Shown here one piece after another: positions 36,048-45,611 of a DNA stretch of 64,000 nt. Made by a program: the position numbers and the translations under genes. Every line of letters starts with the position of its first letter. Positions within the stretch are counted from its first letter, which is position 1. The stretch is from Rheinheimera texasensis (GTDB lineage Bacteria; Pseudomonadota; Gammaproteobacteria; Enterobacterales; Alteromonadaceae): contig NZ_CAXIRE010000014.1 of NCBI RefSeq assembly GCF_964031785.1, forward strand, positions 59,927-123,926, in the 5' to 3' direction. The notes beneath the pieces were generated by a model. It was not told the origin of the DNA, searched no databases, and saw only the letters and a list, made by a program, of their open reading frames with translations.

Positions 36048-37298
36048 ATGCAGACTTCAACCGCATTGATCACCAACGACGCCGTCGTGCTCGGCCTGTT
36101 GGCGCTTATTTTAGGCTTTGTGTTTCATACCAGTGCCAGTAACCATCCGTTCTGGCAGAAGTTTTATAAATACGTGCCTTCGGTATTGTTGTGTTATTTC
36201 ATTCCGTCGTTGTTTAACACTTTCGGCATTATCGATGGCGATACCTCAAAACTCTATGAGATGGCGTCGCGTTATCTGTTACCAGTCTGCTTAGTGCTTT
36301 TGACACTGAGCATTGATTTTAAAGCTATTTTAGGACTCGGCCCTAAGGCACTGGCGTTGTTTCTGACCGGTACCGTCGGTGTTGTGCTCGGTGGCCCCAT
36401 TGCGCTTGCGACTGTGGGTACTTTCTTCCCTGAGCAAATGGGCGGTGAAGGCGCTGATGCGGTCTGGCGTGGTATGGCAACTATCGCTGGTAGCTGGATC
36501 GGCGGCAGTGCCAACCAGGCGGCGATGAAAGAAGTGTTTCAGCCGAGTGGCGAAATCTTCTCGGTGATGATCACTGTCGATGTAGTCGTCGCAAATTGCT
36601 GGATGGCGATCCTGTTGTGGATGGCGGCCAATGCGTCCCGTATTGATCAGGCCAATGGCGCTGATACCCGTGCCATTGAAGCGTTAAAAAGCAAAATCGA
36701 AAAGTACCAGGCGGAAAATTCGCGTAATCCGTCTACGTCAGATTTGATTAAATTACTGGCTGTTGGTTTTGGTTTGGCCGGTGTTGCACATTGGTTGTCA
36801 GACTATATCGTGCCATTTATCAAAACCCATGCGCCGGAACTGGCGATGTACAGCCTGACCAGCAGTTTCTTCTGGATTGTGGTGCTTGCGACGACTTTTG
36901 GTTTGTTATTGTCCTTTACCAAAGCGCGGGAACTGGAATCAGTCGGCGCGTCTAAAGTCGGCTCTGTGCTGGTGTATGTGCTGGTCGCCAGTATCGGGAT
37001 GCATATGGATATCACCGCAGTGGTGGATTATCCGGTGATGTTCCTGGCCGGTGTGGTTTGGATTTCGTTCCACGGTTTACTGATGTTTGGCATGTTACGC
37101 CTGTTAAAAGCACCGGCGTTTTATATGGCTGTCGGTAGTCAGTCGAATATCGGTGGTGCAGCGTCAGCTCCTATTGTTGCAGCAGCTTTCCATCCGGCGT
37201 TAGCGCCTGTTGGTGTGTTGCTGGCGGTATTAGGTTATGCGCTTGGCACTTATGGCGGTTACCTGTCAGCATTAATTATGCAGTCGATTGCGCCTTAA
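36048..37298 (+). CDS. DUF819-family membrane protein
   Basis: AAGGA RBS, about 11 TM, GSWIGGSANQAAM, SQSNIGGAASAPIVAAAF, LGYALGTY. Confidence 0.85.
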   Translation: MQTSTALITNDAVVLGLLALILGFVFHTSASNHPFWQKFYKYVPSVLLCYFIPSLFNTFGIIDGDTSKLYEMASRYLLPVCLVLLTLSIDFKAILGLGPKALALFLTGTVGVVLGGPIALATVGTFFPEQMGGEGADAVWRGMATIAGSWIGGSANQAAMKEVFQPSGEIFSVMITVDVVVANCWMAILLWMAANASRIDQANGADTRAIEALKSKIEKYQAENSRNPSTSDLIKLLAVGFGLAGVAHWLSDYIVPFIKTHAPELAMYSLTSSFFWIVVLATTFGLLLSFTKARELESVGASKVGSVLVYVLVASIGMHMDITAVVDYPVMFLAGVVWISFHGLLMFGMLRLLKAPAFYMAVGSQSNIGGAASAPIVAAAFHPALAPVGVLLAVLGYALGTYGGYLSALIMQSIAP

Positions 37299-37329
37299 GA
37301 CCGGACCCTGAAGCTGAACCCATCCTATG

Positions 37330-37356
37330 AAAAAGGAGCCATTTGGGCTCCTTTTT
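37330..37356. terminator. Bidirectional terminator between DUF819 and nagR
   Basis: AAAAAGGAGCC-ATTTG-GGCTCCTTTTT. Confidence 0.85.
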
Positions 37357-37383
37357 TCATTTGCCGAACTTTATTTGCCGACC

Positions 37384-38412
37384 TCAGTGCTGGCAGGGCG
37401 CGGTTGATTCGCGTACCAGCAACTCCGGAATAAATACCGGCTGCTGTTCCACAGCGCTGCGGGCATTGCCGGGTCTGGTGTGGCGGAACAACAGCTCAGC
37501 GGCCTGTGCAGCGATAGTGCTGTTCGGCTGGTTCGCTGTGGTCAGTGGTGGCCAGGTCTGCCGCGAGAACGGACTGTTTTCAAAGCCGACAATGGACAGC
37601 TGCTGTGGGATCTCAACGTGACTGAGCCTGGCGCTAAATAAAGCCCCCGCGGCAATTTCGTCGTTACAGGCGAAGATGGCGGTGGGTTTATGCGCCATCG
37701 CCAGCAGATGTTTGGCGCCTTTGACACCGGATTCAAACGAATAACTGCCCGGCACCACAAATTTTGGATTGGCCTGAATGCCGCGTTTGGTCAGGGCTGC
37801 CTGAAAACCGGCCAGCCGCTCGCCGCTCGAACTGTGTTCTTCATCACCACATAAAAACGCGATGTCGGTGTGACCCAGTTCCAGCAGGTGATTGGTGATT
37901 TTAAAGGCGGCCGTGAAGTCGTCAATCAACACACAGTTGGTCAGCTTCGGCGACGGCGTCGAGCCGGAAATGATCCGGACGAAGTCGACATCAATCCGTT
38001 CCAGCGCTTCAGCAATTTCCGGCATTTCGGAAAACGGCGGGGTCAGTACTAAACCGGCAAGGCGTGAATGCTGCACGACGTCTATCACTTCCTGCACTAT
38101 GTTGGCGGACTTGGCGTTGGTCGGGTGGATCAGCAGTTCATAACCATGCTTGCGGCAGGTATCCAATAAACCCTTTTGCATATCAATCACATAATAAGCA
38201 TTCGGGTTGTCGTAGATATAACCGATGGTGTAAGAGCGGGTACTGGCAAGATTACGGGCGGCGGCATTGGGCTGATAATTCAGCTGGGCGATGGCTGCCG
38301 TGACTTTATCCAGCGTGGCCTTTTTCACCGAAGGTTCGTTGTTCATCACCCGCGACACCGTCTTGATCGACACTCCGGCCAGCTCAGCGACGTCATTAAT
38401 GGTTACTTTCAT
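37384..38412 (-). CDS. nagR: LacI-family regulator of GlcNAc utilisation (Shewanella-type NagR)
   Basis: TINDVAELAGVSIKTVSRV HTH, YQPNAAARNLAS, IFACNDEIAAG; adjacent nag cluster carries repeated LacI-type operators. Confidence 0.85.
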   Translation of the reverse strand: MKVTINDVAELAGVSIKTVSRVMNNEPSVKKATLDKVTAAIAQLNYQPNAAARNLASTRSYTIGYIYDNPNAYYVIDMQKGLLDTCRKHGYELLIHPTNAKSANIVQEVIDVVQHSRLAGLVLTPPFSEMPEIAEALERIDVDFVRIISGSTPSPKLTNCVLIDDFTAAFKITNHLLELGHTDIAFLCGDEEHSSSGERLAGFQAALTKRGIQANPKFVVPGSYSFESGVKGAKHLLAMAHKPTAIFACNDEIAAGALFSARLSHVEIPQQLSIVGFENSPFSRQTWPPLTTANQPNSTIAAQAAELLFRHTRPGNARSAVEQQPVFIPELLVRESTAPCQH

Positions 38413-38759
38413 AGCGCTTCCAGGCAAATAAGCCGCTGTCAGCAAGCCTGTCCGGTATTCCGAAAACAGGCTGGAAATTTCCCCTGTAAAGCAGGGAATG
38501 ACAGCGGTAGTCATTTTGTAAGAATTATTGAACTAAGGGATACAACGTTTTGGCCAAAACAGCAATTGTTTATTTATCAAAAAATGAGCAGTAGCGTGAC
38601 TGATATTTTTCTTAATTAAAAAAGATGAATAAATACATATAGTTATAGTGTGATTGATCTGTGATAGCCTGAAAATACAGCTGTCCTGGTCTAAAATCAG
38701 CCATAACTGAGGCCTTGTCTTAAGCGACAAAATCAGTCTAAAAAATCAGCGGATGGGGT

Positions 38760-38812
38760 TTGCAAAGTAAAAATAATTTGTGTATGTTGAGATTTAATGA
38801 CAGCGTTGTCAT
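38760..38812 (+). promoter_or_regulatory. Nag TBDR promoter with NagR operator
   Basis: TTGCAA-17 nt-TATGTT, then ATGACAGCGTTGTCAT (38797-38812) at about +1. Confidence 0.85.
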
Positions 38813-38868
38813 TGCAGGACAAATAAAAATTCATCGCACACGAAGAAAAACAGGAATGGGAGAAGCTT

Positions 38869-41472
38869 ATGTCGCACAATAAAATGAATAAATGTGCCGT
38901 AGCGGTCAAACTGGGTCTGATGGTGGGTACTGTGGCGTTTACTGCGCCGGTATTTGCTCAGCAGGCTCCGGCTGATGGCGCGAAGAAAGATCAACAGGTA
39001 GAAGTCATTCAGGTGCGCGGTATCCGTGCATCACAGGAAGCCAACTTAAACGCTAAGCGTTTCAGCGATACAATCGTTGACGTCGTGACCGCGGAAGATA
39101 TCGGTAAGTTTCCGGATAAAAACGTCGCTGAATCTCTGCAACGGGTACCGGGTGTCACTATCCAGCGCCAGTTCGGTGAAGGCGCCGGTGTGTCTATCCG
39201 TGGTTCAGGCCAGGATTTAACTCTGACGACCCTGAACGGTCAGAACGTGGCTTCTACCGGCTGGTTCGTACTGGAACCTGCCCGCCGCAGCTTCAACTAT
39301 GAATTACTGCCATCTGAACTGGTGGGTAACCTGGAAGTGTATAAAGCTTCTCAGGCTGATCTGAGTGAAGGTGGTATCGGTGGTACTGTGGTGGTTCATA
39401 CCCGTAAACCACTGGATTTGGATGCCAACACCGCATACGCCTCTATTGAAAGCACTTATCAGAGCGATTCAGGCAGCAACGACCCACAGTTGTCGGGCAT
39501 GTACAGCTGGAAAAACGACGCTGAAACTTTTGGTGCTTTAGTATCGTTAGTGGCGCAAGAGCGTAGCCTGCAACGTCAGGGTAACGAAGCATTCTGGGAA
39601 TGGGGTGCTGGCCCAGTTGGTTTTGAACAGGACCGTAAACGTTCTGCTTATACTGCGACTTTACAGTTTGCACCAAGTGATAACCTGAATATCGTGTTCA
39701 ATGCCTTAGATATGCAAATGGACGCGGATAACACCAACTATGCATTATGGCTGACACAAGCGGACACTACCTGGGGTACAGGCGGTACTGAAGCCTGGAT
39801 TGGCGGTGACGGTAAAACGCCTGGCAAACAAGGTACACAAGCCAAAGGCCCGTTGAACGTGGCTTATTATCAGGCTCGTCCACGCGAAGCTACGATGAAC
39901 TCAGAAGTGTACGATCTGAAGTTTGAATACGAAGGTGACGGCTACAAGTGGGCCACCCAGATTGGTGATACTTCATCAACTGGCGGTACTGACTTTGAAA
40001 TGGTGGTGGACGATGGTACCGGCGGTACGCCAATCGTCGGTGGTAAGTATGACTTCACCGGTGGTGGTCAGAGCTGGGCACCAGGTAACCTGAACATCGG
40101 CACTTATGACCCGGGTTCACTGGCCATGGGTACAGGTCCGAACTTCAACAAAACACCAAAAACTGATGGCGAAAGTTATATCCAGTCTGATTTGACCTTC
40201 CCATCAACACTGGGTCCAATCACTGAATTCAAAACTGGTTTCCGTTATGCGGATCACAACACCACCAGCCGTCGTTTTGAATTTATTCAGAAAGCTGGTT
40301 TTAACCCGGTCATCTCTACCAAAGACATTCAGGCTGGTTCAATTGATGTTGGTGCCGGTAACTACAGCATCAAGAAATTTGACGTAAACGCGCTGAAAGC
40401 CTGGGCAAAAGCCAGCATCACCGGTGAAACCGAAGATTTAGGTGCTTACTCAGAAATCACGGAGAAAAATGCGGCGCTGTATGGTATGGCCATCTACAGC
40501 ACTGACAAAGTGCGCGGTAACTTCGGTGTGCGTTATGTCACCACTGATGCGACCTCAACTTACTACGTGAACAAAAAGCAAACAGAATCAGACGCAGATT
40601 ATTCTGAGTTCCTGCCAAGCTTCAACATGGTCGTTGACCTGGCGGATGACAAAATCCTGCGTGCTTCTGCCGCCCGTGCACTGGCGCGTCCACAGTATGT
40701 CGATATGTACGTCAACCCGAACGTGATGGGCACCAACGATGACACGCCAAACAACCAGCGCTGGATTGTTGGTAACATCGGTCTGAAACCATTTATTTCT
40801 GACCAGTTCGATTTAGGTGTCGAGTGGTACTACGATGCCAACTCTATGGTGTCTGCTGCACTGTTCCTGAAAGATGTGAAGAACTTCGTGAACATCGCGC
40901 AGGGCACTGCAACTGCTGCAGAAATTCCATTCCCGCTGACGCGTCCGGATGAAGCCGCCAACGGCTGGATCACTGAACAGAAAGGCAACGGTAAAGATGC
41001 TTCTATCAGCGGTATCGAGTTACAGCATCAGGCGTATTACGGCAATGGTTTCGGTACCATCGTCAACTATACCTACACTGATACTGAAACAGACAAAGAC
41101 ACCTTCACTGACATGAACCCAATCCTGAGCGACAGTTCACGTCATTCATACAACCTGACCGGTTACTATGAAAACGATCTGTTCCAGGTCCGTGTTGCTT
41201 ACAACTGGCGTAGTGAGTACATGATCCGTGAATCAGGTTCTTACGGTAACCGTCTGCATGACGACTTCGGTTCTCTGGACCTGAGCGCTGTGTATCATGC
41301 GACTGATTACCTGGACGTGAAGCTGGACGTGAACAACCTGCTGGAAGAGAGTTCTAAACAGTTTGGTCATAACAACAAACAAACCAACTACTCGGGCTTT
41401 GCCAAAGGCTTCCCGCTGTATGAATATGAAATGGCCCGCCGTATTTCTTTAGGCGCCAGCTTCAAGTTCTAA
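38869..41472 (+). CDS. TonB-dependent receptor, probably GlcNAc/chito-oligosaccharide
   Basis: Signal peptide, EVIQVRGIR, AEDIGKFPDKNVAESLQRVPGV, terminal SFKF; NagR operator upstream. Confidence 0.93.
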   Translation: MSHNKMNKCAVAVKLGLMVGTVAFTAPVFAQQAPADGAKKDQQVEVIQVRGIRASQEANLNAKRFSDTIVDVVTAEDIGKFPDKNVAESLQRVPGVTIQRQFGEGAGVSIRGSGQDLTLTTLNGQNVASTGWFVLEPARRSFNYELLPSELVGNLEVYKASQADLSEGGIGGTVVVHTRKPLDLDANTAYASIESTYQSDSGSNDPQLSGMYSWKNDAETFGALVSLVAQERSLQRQGNEAFWEWGAGPVGFEQDRKRSAYTATLQFAPSDNLNIVFNALDMQMDADNTNYALWLTQADTTWGTGGTEAWIGGDGKTPGKQGTQAKGPLNVAYYQARPREATMNSEVYDLKFEYEGDGYKWATQIGDTSSTGGTDFEMVVDDGTGGTPIVGGKYDFTGGGQSWAPGNLNIGTYDPGSLAMGTGPNFNKTPKTDGESYIQSDLTFPSTLGPITEFKTGFRYADHNTTSRRFEFIQKAGFNPVISTKDIQAGSIDVGAGNYSIKKFDVNALKAWAKASITGETEDLGAYSEITEKNAALYGMAIYSTDKVRGNFGVRYVTTDATSTYYVNKKQTESDADYSEFLPSFNMVVDLADDKILRASAARALARPQYVDMYVNPNVMGTNDDTPNNQRWIVGNIGLKPFISDQFDLGVEWYYDANSMVSAALFLKDVKNFVNIAQGTATAAEIPFPLTRPDEAANGWITEQKGNGKDASISGIELQHQAYYGNGFGTIVNYTYTDTETDKDTFTDMNPILSDSSRHSYNLTGYYENDLFQVRVAYNWRSEYMIRESGSYGNRLHDDFGSLDLSAVYHATDYLDVKLDVNNLLEESSKQFGHNNKQTNYSGFAKGFPLYEYEMARRISLGASFKF

Positions 41473-41489
41473 GTGGTTGATTGAATGAA

Positions 41490-41515
41490 AAAAAGGGAAG
41501 GAAACTTCCCTTTTT
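41490..41515 (+). terminator. Terminator after the nag TBDR
   Basis: AAAAAGGGAAG-GAAA-CTTCCCTTTTT. Confidence 0.85.
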
Positions 41516-41663
41516 CTTTCTGCAAAAGTGCTGGTCAAAACGCTGTGCAACACAGTTTCCAGTGTTTTGACCAACACTTCTGCCCGGCACGGAACTGCAC
41601 CCTTCGCAAAGGGAACAATCCCTGTCATGCTGCTGTTTTCACCATTTACCGAGGAGCCGAAGT

Positions 41664-42368
41664 ATGAGCCAACCTGTGGTCGCGCTGCATCCTGATGTCC
41701 ATGCCCATGTACGTCTGACTGAATCCCGTAGTTTTGCGCCTTTTGCCCGACAACATTTATTCCCGCTGTCGGTGCATGAGTTTGTTCGCGCCAGTACTGA
41801 GTTTGCGCTGGTATTTGTTAAAGACAGTGAAACCGGTCAATTCCGTGCCGTCGCTTTAACCGGCCTGGTGCCGGGGGAGAATCTGTATGCAACAGCTTCT
41901 GTCAGCCCCAACTACCTGCCGCACGCAGTTACTAACTACCCGTTGGTGCTGCTGGCCAATCCGCAGCAACCGGATCAATTCAGTATTGGCCTGAATACCG
42001 CAGCCTCTCAGGTACAGGTCAATGACGGTGAAGCCTTGTTCAGTGGCGGACAGGAAACCCCTTACCTGAGCAAACGCAAACAACAGTTGCTGCAAAGCTT
42101 TGAGCAGTTGCAGGTCACTGCCGCTTTTGTTGAACTGCTGCAACAACATGAACTGCTGGTGCCGCAAGGCTTTCAGTTTGATTTAAAAGGTCAGCAGCAT
42201 CAGCTGAACGGCATTTATATCATCAGCGAGGCCAAACTGAATCAGTTGCCAACGGACGTATTCGCCGATTTGCGTCAGCGCGGGTTTTTACCGGCGATTT
42301 ATGCGCAACTGACATCATTGCATCAGCTGAACCGGCTGGCGGCGCTGAAAATCAGTCAGCTGGCGTAA
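41664..42368 (+). CDS. sapC: SapC-family protein
   Basis: PLSVHEF.RAS.EF.LVF, G.NLY, YLP.....YP, G..LF, GFLPAIYAQL.SL; typical TBDR-sapC-halogenase context. Confidence 0.85.
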   Translation: MSQPVVALHPDVHAHVRLTESRSFAPFARQHLFPLSVHEFVRASTEFALVFVKDSETGQFRAVALTGLVPGENLYATASVSPNYLPHAVTNYPLVLLANPQQPDQFSIGLNTAASQVQVNDGEALFSGGQETPYLSKRKQQLLQSFEQLQVTAAFVELLQQHELLVPQGFQFDLKGQQHQLNGIYIISEAKLNQLPTDVFADLRQRGFLPAIYAQLTSLHQLNRLAALKISQLA

Positions 42369-43930
42369 TGGAGGCGAAGATGCAGCAGATCCGCAAAGTA
42401 TTGATCGTCGGTGGCGGCACCGCCGGCTGGTTAGCCGCCTGCCACCTGGCGAAAAAGCTGCACAGGCCAGACGGCACAGGTGTTGAGATTTGCCTGATTG
42501 AATCGGCAGATATTCCGACCATCGGCGTGGGTGAGGGCACGGTGCCGGCTATCCGCCAAAGTTTGCAATATCTGGGCATCAGCGAAACCGAATTTATCCG
42601 CGACTGCGACGTCACTTTTAAGCAAAGCATTAAGTTTGTCGACTGGGTCAAAGCGCCAGGGCAAGCCAGCCCGAATTATTACCATCATGTGTTTGATTAT
42701 CCGGATCTGGCTACGCTGGACCTGACGCCGTATTGGCTGCAGGGCCTGGCCGGGGACTGTTCATATGCAGATGCAGTGTCCGTGCAGGGGCGGGTGGCTG
42801 ACGCCGGCTTTGGGCCAAAAACCATACTGCAGCCCGAGTTTCAGGGCCTGACTAATTACGCTTACCACCTTGATGCCGCCAAGTTTGCCGCCTTATTAAC
42901 TAAACATGCGACGCAAAAACTGGGTGTACGCCATTTGTTTGGTAATGTCGGCGCAGTACGTTTTGCTGACAACGGCGATATTGCCGCCATCCAGACTGAC
43001 AGCCACGGTGAGCTGACAGCCGACATTTTTGTTGATTGCACCGGGTTTCGCGCTTTATTAATTGGCGACGCCTGTCAGGTACCTTTTATCCCGAAAAACG
43101 ATGTGATGTTTGTTGACCGCGCTTTGGCGGTGCAAGTGCCATATCGCGACCCGGCAGCGCCTATTCCCTGTTACACCATCGCGACGGCACAACCGGCCGG
43201 CTGGATCTGGGATATCGGTCTGACCGAGCGGCGCGGCACTGGTTATGTCTACTCGAGCCGTTATACCTCAGACGATGAAGCGCTGGCGGTACTTAAGCAG
43301 TATCTGCAAGGCGATGCTGATCATCTAACGCCGCGCCGGATTGAGATGCAGGTCGGTTACCGCGAGAAATTCTGGCATCGCAACTGTATTGCGCTGGGGT
43401 TGTCGCAGGGTTTTGTTGAACCGCTGGAGGCCACCGGTTTGTTGGTCTACGACGCCACAGCACGCATGCTGGCGGATTCATTTCCGGCCCACACTGCCGT
43501 GATGCCATTGCTGGCAGAGCGGTTTAATCAACGGGTGCGCACTGCCTGGGATAAGGTCATCGACTTTATCAAACTGCATTATTTCCTGTCGCAGCGTGAC
43601 GATTCGGCGTTTTGGCGCGATAACCGCGACCCGGCCAGTTGCCCGCAAAGTTTGCTGGATAATCTGGCGTTATGGGCGCATCAGGTGCCCACGCCTTATG
43701 ATTTCCATAGCAAGTTAGAAATTTTTAACCTGGAAAATTATCTCTATGTGCTGTACGGCATGCAGTTCGGCACTGATTTGAGCCAGCAGCAATATCGCTT
43801 CAGTCAGCCGGAACTCGCCGCGCAAATGTTTGGTTTTTACCGGCATAAAGCCGCGCAATTACAGTCGCAATTGCTGCCACACCGTGAATTGCTCAATCGT
43901 ATCCGCCAGTTTGGTTTACAAAAAGTCTGA
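42368..43930 (+). CDS. Tryptophan halogenase-family flavoprotein 1
   Basis: GGGTAGW, IGVGEGT, TFKQ Lys, FVDCTGF, WIWDIG, GFVEPLEATG. Confidence 0.9.
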   Translation: MEAKMQQIRKVLIVGGGTAGWLAACHLAKKLHRPDGTGVEICLIESADIPTIGVGEGTVPAIRQSLQYLGISETEFIRDCDVTFKQSIKFVDWVKAPGQASPNYYHHVFDYPDLATLDLTPYWLQGLAGDCSYADAVSVQGRVADAGFGPKTILQPEFQGLTNYAYHLDAAKFAALLTKHATQKLGVRHLFGNVGAVRFADNGDIAAIQTDSHGELTADIFVDCTGFRALLIGDACQVPFIPKNDVMFVDRALAVQVPYRDPAAPIPCYTIATAQPAGWIWDIGLTERRGTGYVYSSRYTSDDEALAVLKQYLQGDADHLTPRRIEMQVGYREKFWHRNCIALGLSQGFVEPLEATGLLVYDATARMLADSFPAHTAVMPLLAERFNQRVRTAWDKVIDFIKLHYFLSQRDDSAFWRDNRDPASCPQSLLDNLALWAHQVPTPYDFHSKLEIFNLENYLYVLYGMQFGTDLSQQQYRFSQPELAAQMFGFYRHKAAQLQSQLLPHRELLNRIRQFGLQKV

Positions 43931-43944
43931 AGAGGTCGGCAAAA

Positions 43945-45456
43945 ATGATGAAATCTATCTGTATTGTTGGCGGTGGTTCTTCCGGCTGGATGACCGCTAT
44001 TTATCTGAACCGCTATTTTAATCAGCAACAAGCACGTGTGCAGGTGCGGGTCGTTGAAAGCGAAGACATCGGCATCATTGGTGTTGGCGAAGCAACAGTA
44101 CACAGCATCCGTTATTTCTTTGCGGCTATGGGGCTGGACGAAGCTGAGTTGCTGGAAGCGACCAATGCCACTTTTAAAACCGGCATTATGTTCAGAAACT
44201 GGATGAAACCGGTCGACGGCCAGATGCATCAGTATTTCCATCCGTTTGACCATCTGAAACCGCCGCTGGATTTGGATATCTCCACCAGCTGGCTGCTGGA
44301 CCGGCGCTTTGAACTGGAGCGTTTTGACCAGGGCGCCAGTCTGTCGTCGCACCTGGTTGCCAGCGGTCATAGCCCCAAAACGCCGCAGTCGCCGCCGTAT
44401 CAGGGCGTGGTGCCTTATGGTTACCACTTAGATGCCGTCAAAATGGCGCGTTTCCTGCGCAAAAAAGCTATCGAAGCCGGTGTGCTGCACAGTGTCGCGA
44501 CTGTGACAGATGTAACGGTAGCCGATGGCAATATCCGCGCGGTGCAAACCGATCAGGGCGAATTCAGCGCCGATGTGTTTATTGACTGTACCGGTTTCCG
44601 TGGGCTGTTAATGGAAGCGTTAAAAGCCGATAACTGGCAGTCCTTTACTGATGCCCTGCCTTGTAACAAAGCGGTGGCAATTCAGCGCGAACTGCCGGGC
44701 GAGCCGAAGCCGTATACCACAGCCACCGCGTTAACCAACGGCTGGGTCTGGGAGATTGACCTCGTTGACCGCCAGGGCACAGGTTATGTCTATGACGGCG
44801 AACGCCTGAGCCGCGAACAGGCCGAGCAGGAGCTGCGGGACTATTTGGGCCCGGCTGCGGCAGTGCTCAAATGCACCCATTTGGATATGAAAGTGGGCTG
44901 TCGCAAAGAATTCTGGGTCGGTAACTGCATCGCGGTTGGCCTGGCTGGCGGTTTTATCGAACCGCTGGAATCGACCGGCCTGCATCTGATTAACCTTGGC
45001 GTGCGGCTGTTATCGACACATCTGGCCGGCAGCGAGCTGACGCAACCGGTGCGGGACTCCTACAATCGGCTGATGAATGGTTTTTACACTGATTTAAAAC
45101 AGTTTATTGTGCTGCATTATTGCCTGACCGACCGCGATGACTCTGCCTTTTGGCGCGACGCAGCGGCAAAAGCCGCTTATTGCCCGGGCTTAGAAACGCA
45201 GCTGGCGGCCTGGCGTTATAAAGTCTGTGAGTACATGGATCTAGCCGGCACTTTCTCGACAACCTTCACCGATGAAAACTATCGGTTTATTTTGTACGGC
45301 ATGGGCCATTATCCGCAGTTACAAGCGACGGCGACTGGGCGACAGTTTGATGAGCTGTTTAGCAAAGTCGCCCAGCAAGCCAAGCATGCGGTTTTCAGCA
45401 CTTTGCCGTTACAAGCCTGGATCCGCCAGCTGCATAGCAGCAAAAACAGCGCCTGA
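43945..45456 (+). CDS. Tryptophan halogenase-family flavoprotein 2
   Basis: GGGSSGW, IGVGEAT, TFKT Lys, FIDCTGF, WVWEID, GFIEPLESTG. Confidence 0.9.
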   Translation: MMKSICIVGGGSSGWMTAIYLNRYFNQQQARVQVRVVESEDIGIIGVGEATVHSIRYFFAAMGLDEAELLEATNATFKTGIMFRNWMKPVDGQMHQYFHPFDHLKPPLDLDISTSWLLDRRFELERFDQGASLSSHLVASGHSPKTPQSPPYQGVVPYGYHLDAVKMARFLRKKAIEAGVLHSVATVTDVTVADGNIRAVQTDQGEFSADVFIDCTGFRGLLMEALKADNWQSFTDALPCNKAVAIQRELPGEPKPYTTATALTNGWVWEIDLVDRQGTGYVYDGERLSREQAEQELRDYLGPAAAVLKCTHLDMKVGCRKEFWVGNCIAVGLAGGFIEPLESTGLHLINLGVRLLSTHLAGSELTQPVRDSYNRLMNGFYTDLKQFIVLHYCLTDRDDSAFWRDAAAKAAYCPGLETQLAAWRYKVCEYMDLAGTFSTTFTDENYRFILYGMGHYPQLQATATGRQFDELFSKVAQQAKHAVFSTLPLQAWIRQLHSSKNSA

Positions 45457-45480
45457 ATTATAGGGCTCAGCACCCGATTA

Positions 45481-45512
45481 AACGCCGGCCTTTTCAGGCC
45501 GGCGTTGTTATT
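45481..45512 (+). terminator. Terminator after the halogenase-like genes
   Basis: AACGCCGGCCT-TTTC-AGGCCGGCGTT then GTTATTTT. Confidence 0.75.
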
Positions 45513-45571
45513 TTGGCGGCAGAGAGCGTGGCAACCATAAAGCTGAAAAAATGTCTGAAAATTCGGCAAAT

Positions 45572-45605
45572 AACTAATGACAGCGTTGTCATTAGTTGGT
45601 AGGAT
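45572..45605 (+). promoter_or_regulatory. NagR operator overlapping a sigma70 promoter
   Basis: AACTAATGACA-GCGT-TGTCATTAGTT; ATGACA-17 nt-TAGGAT with TGn extended -10. Confidence 0.8.
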
Positions 45606-45611
45606 GTTTTT

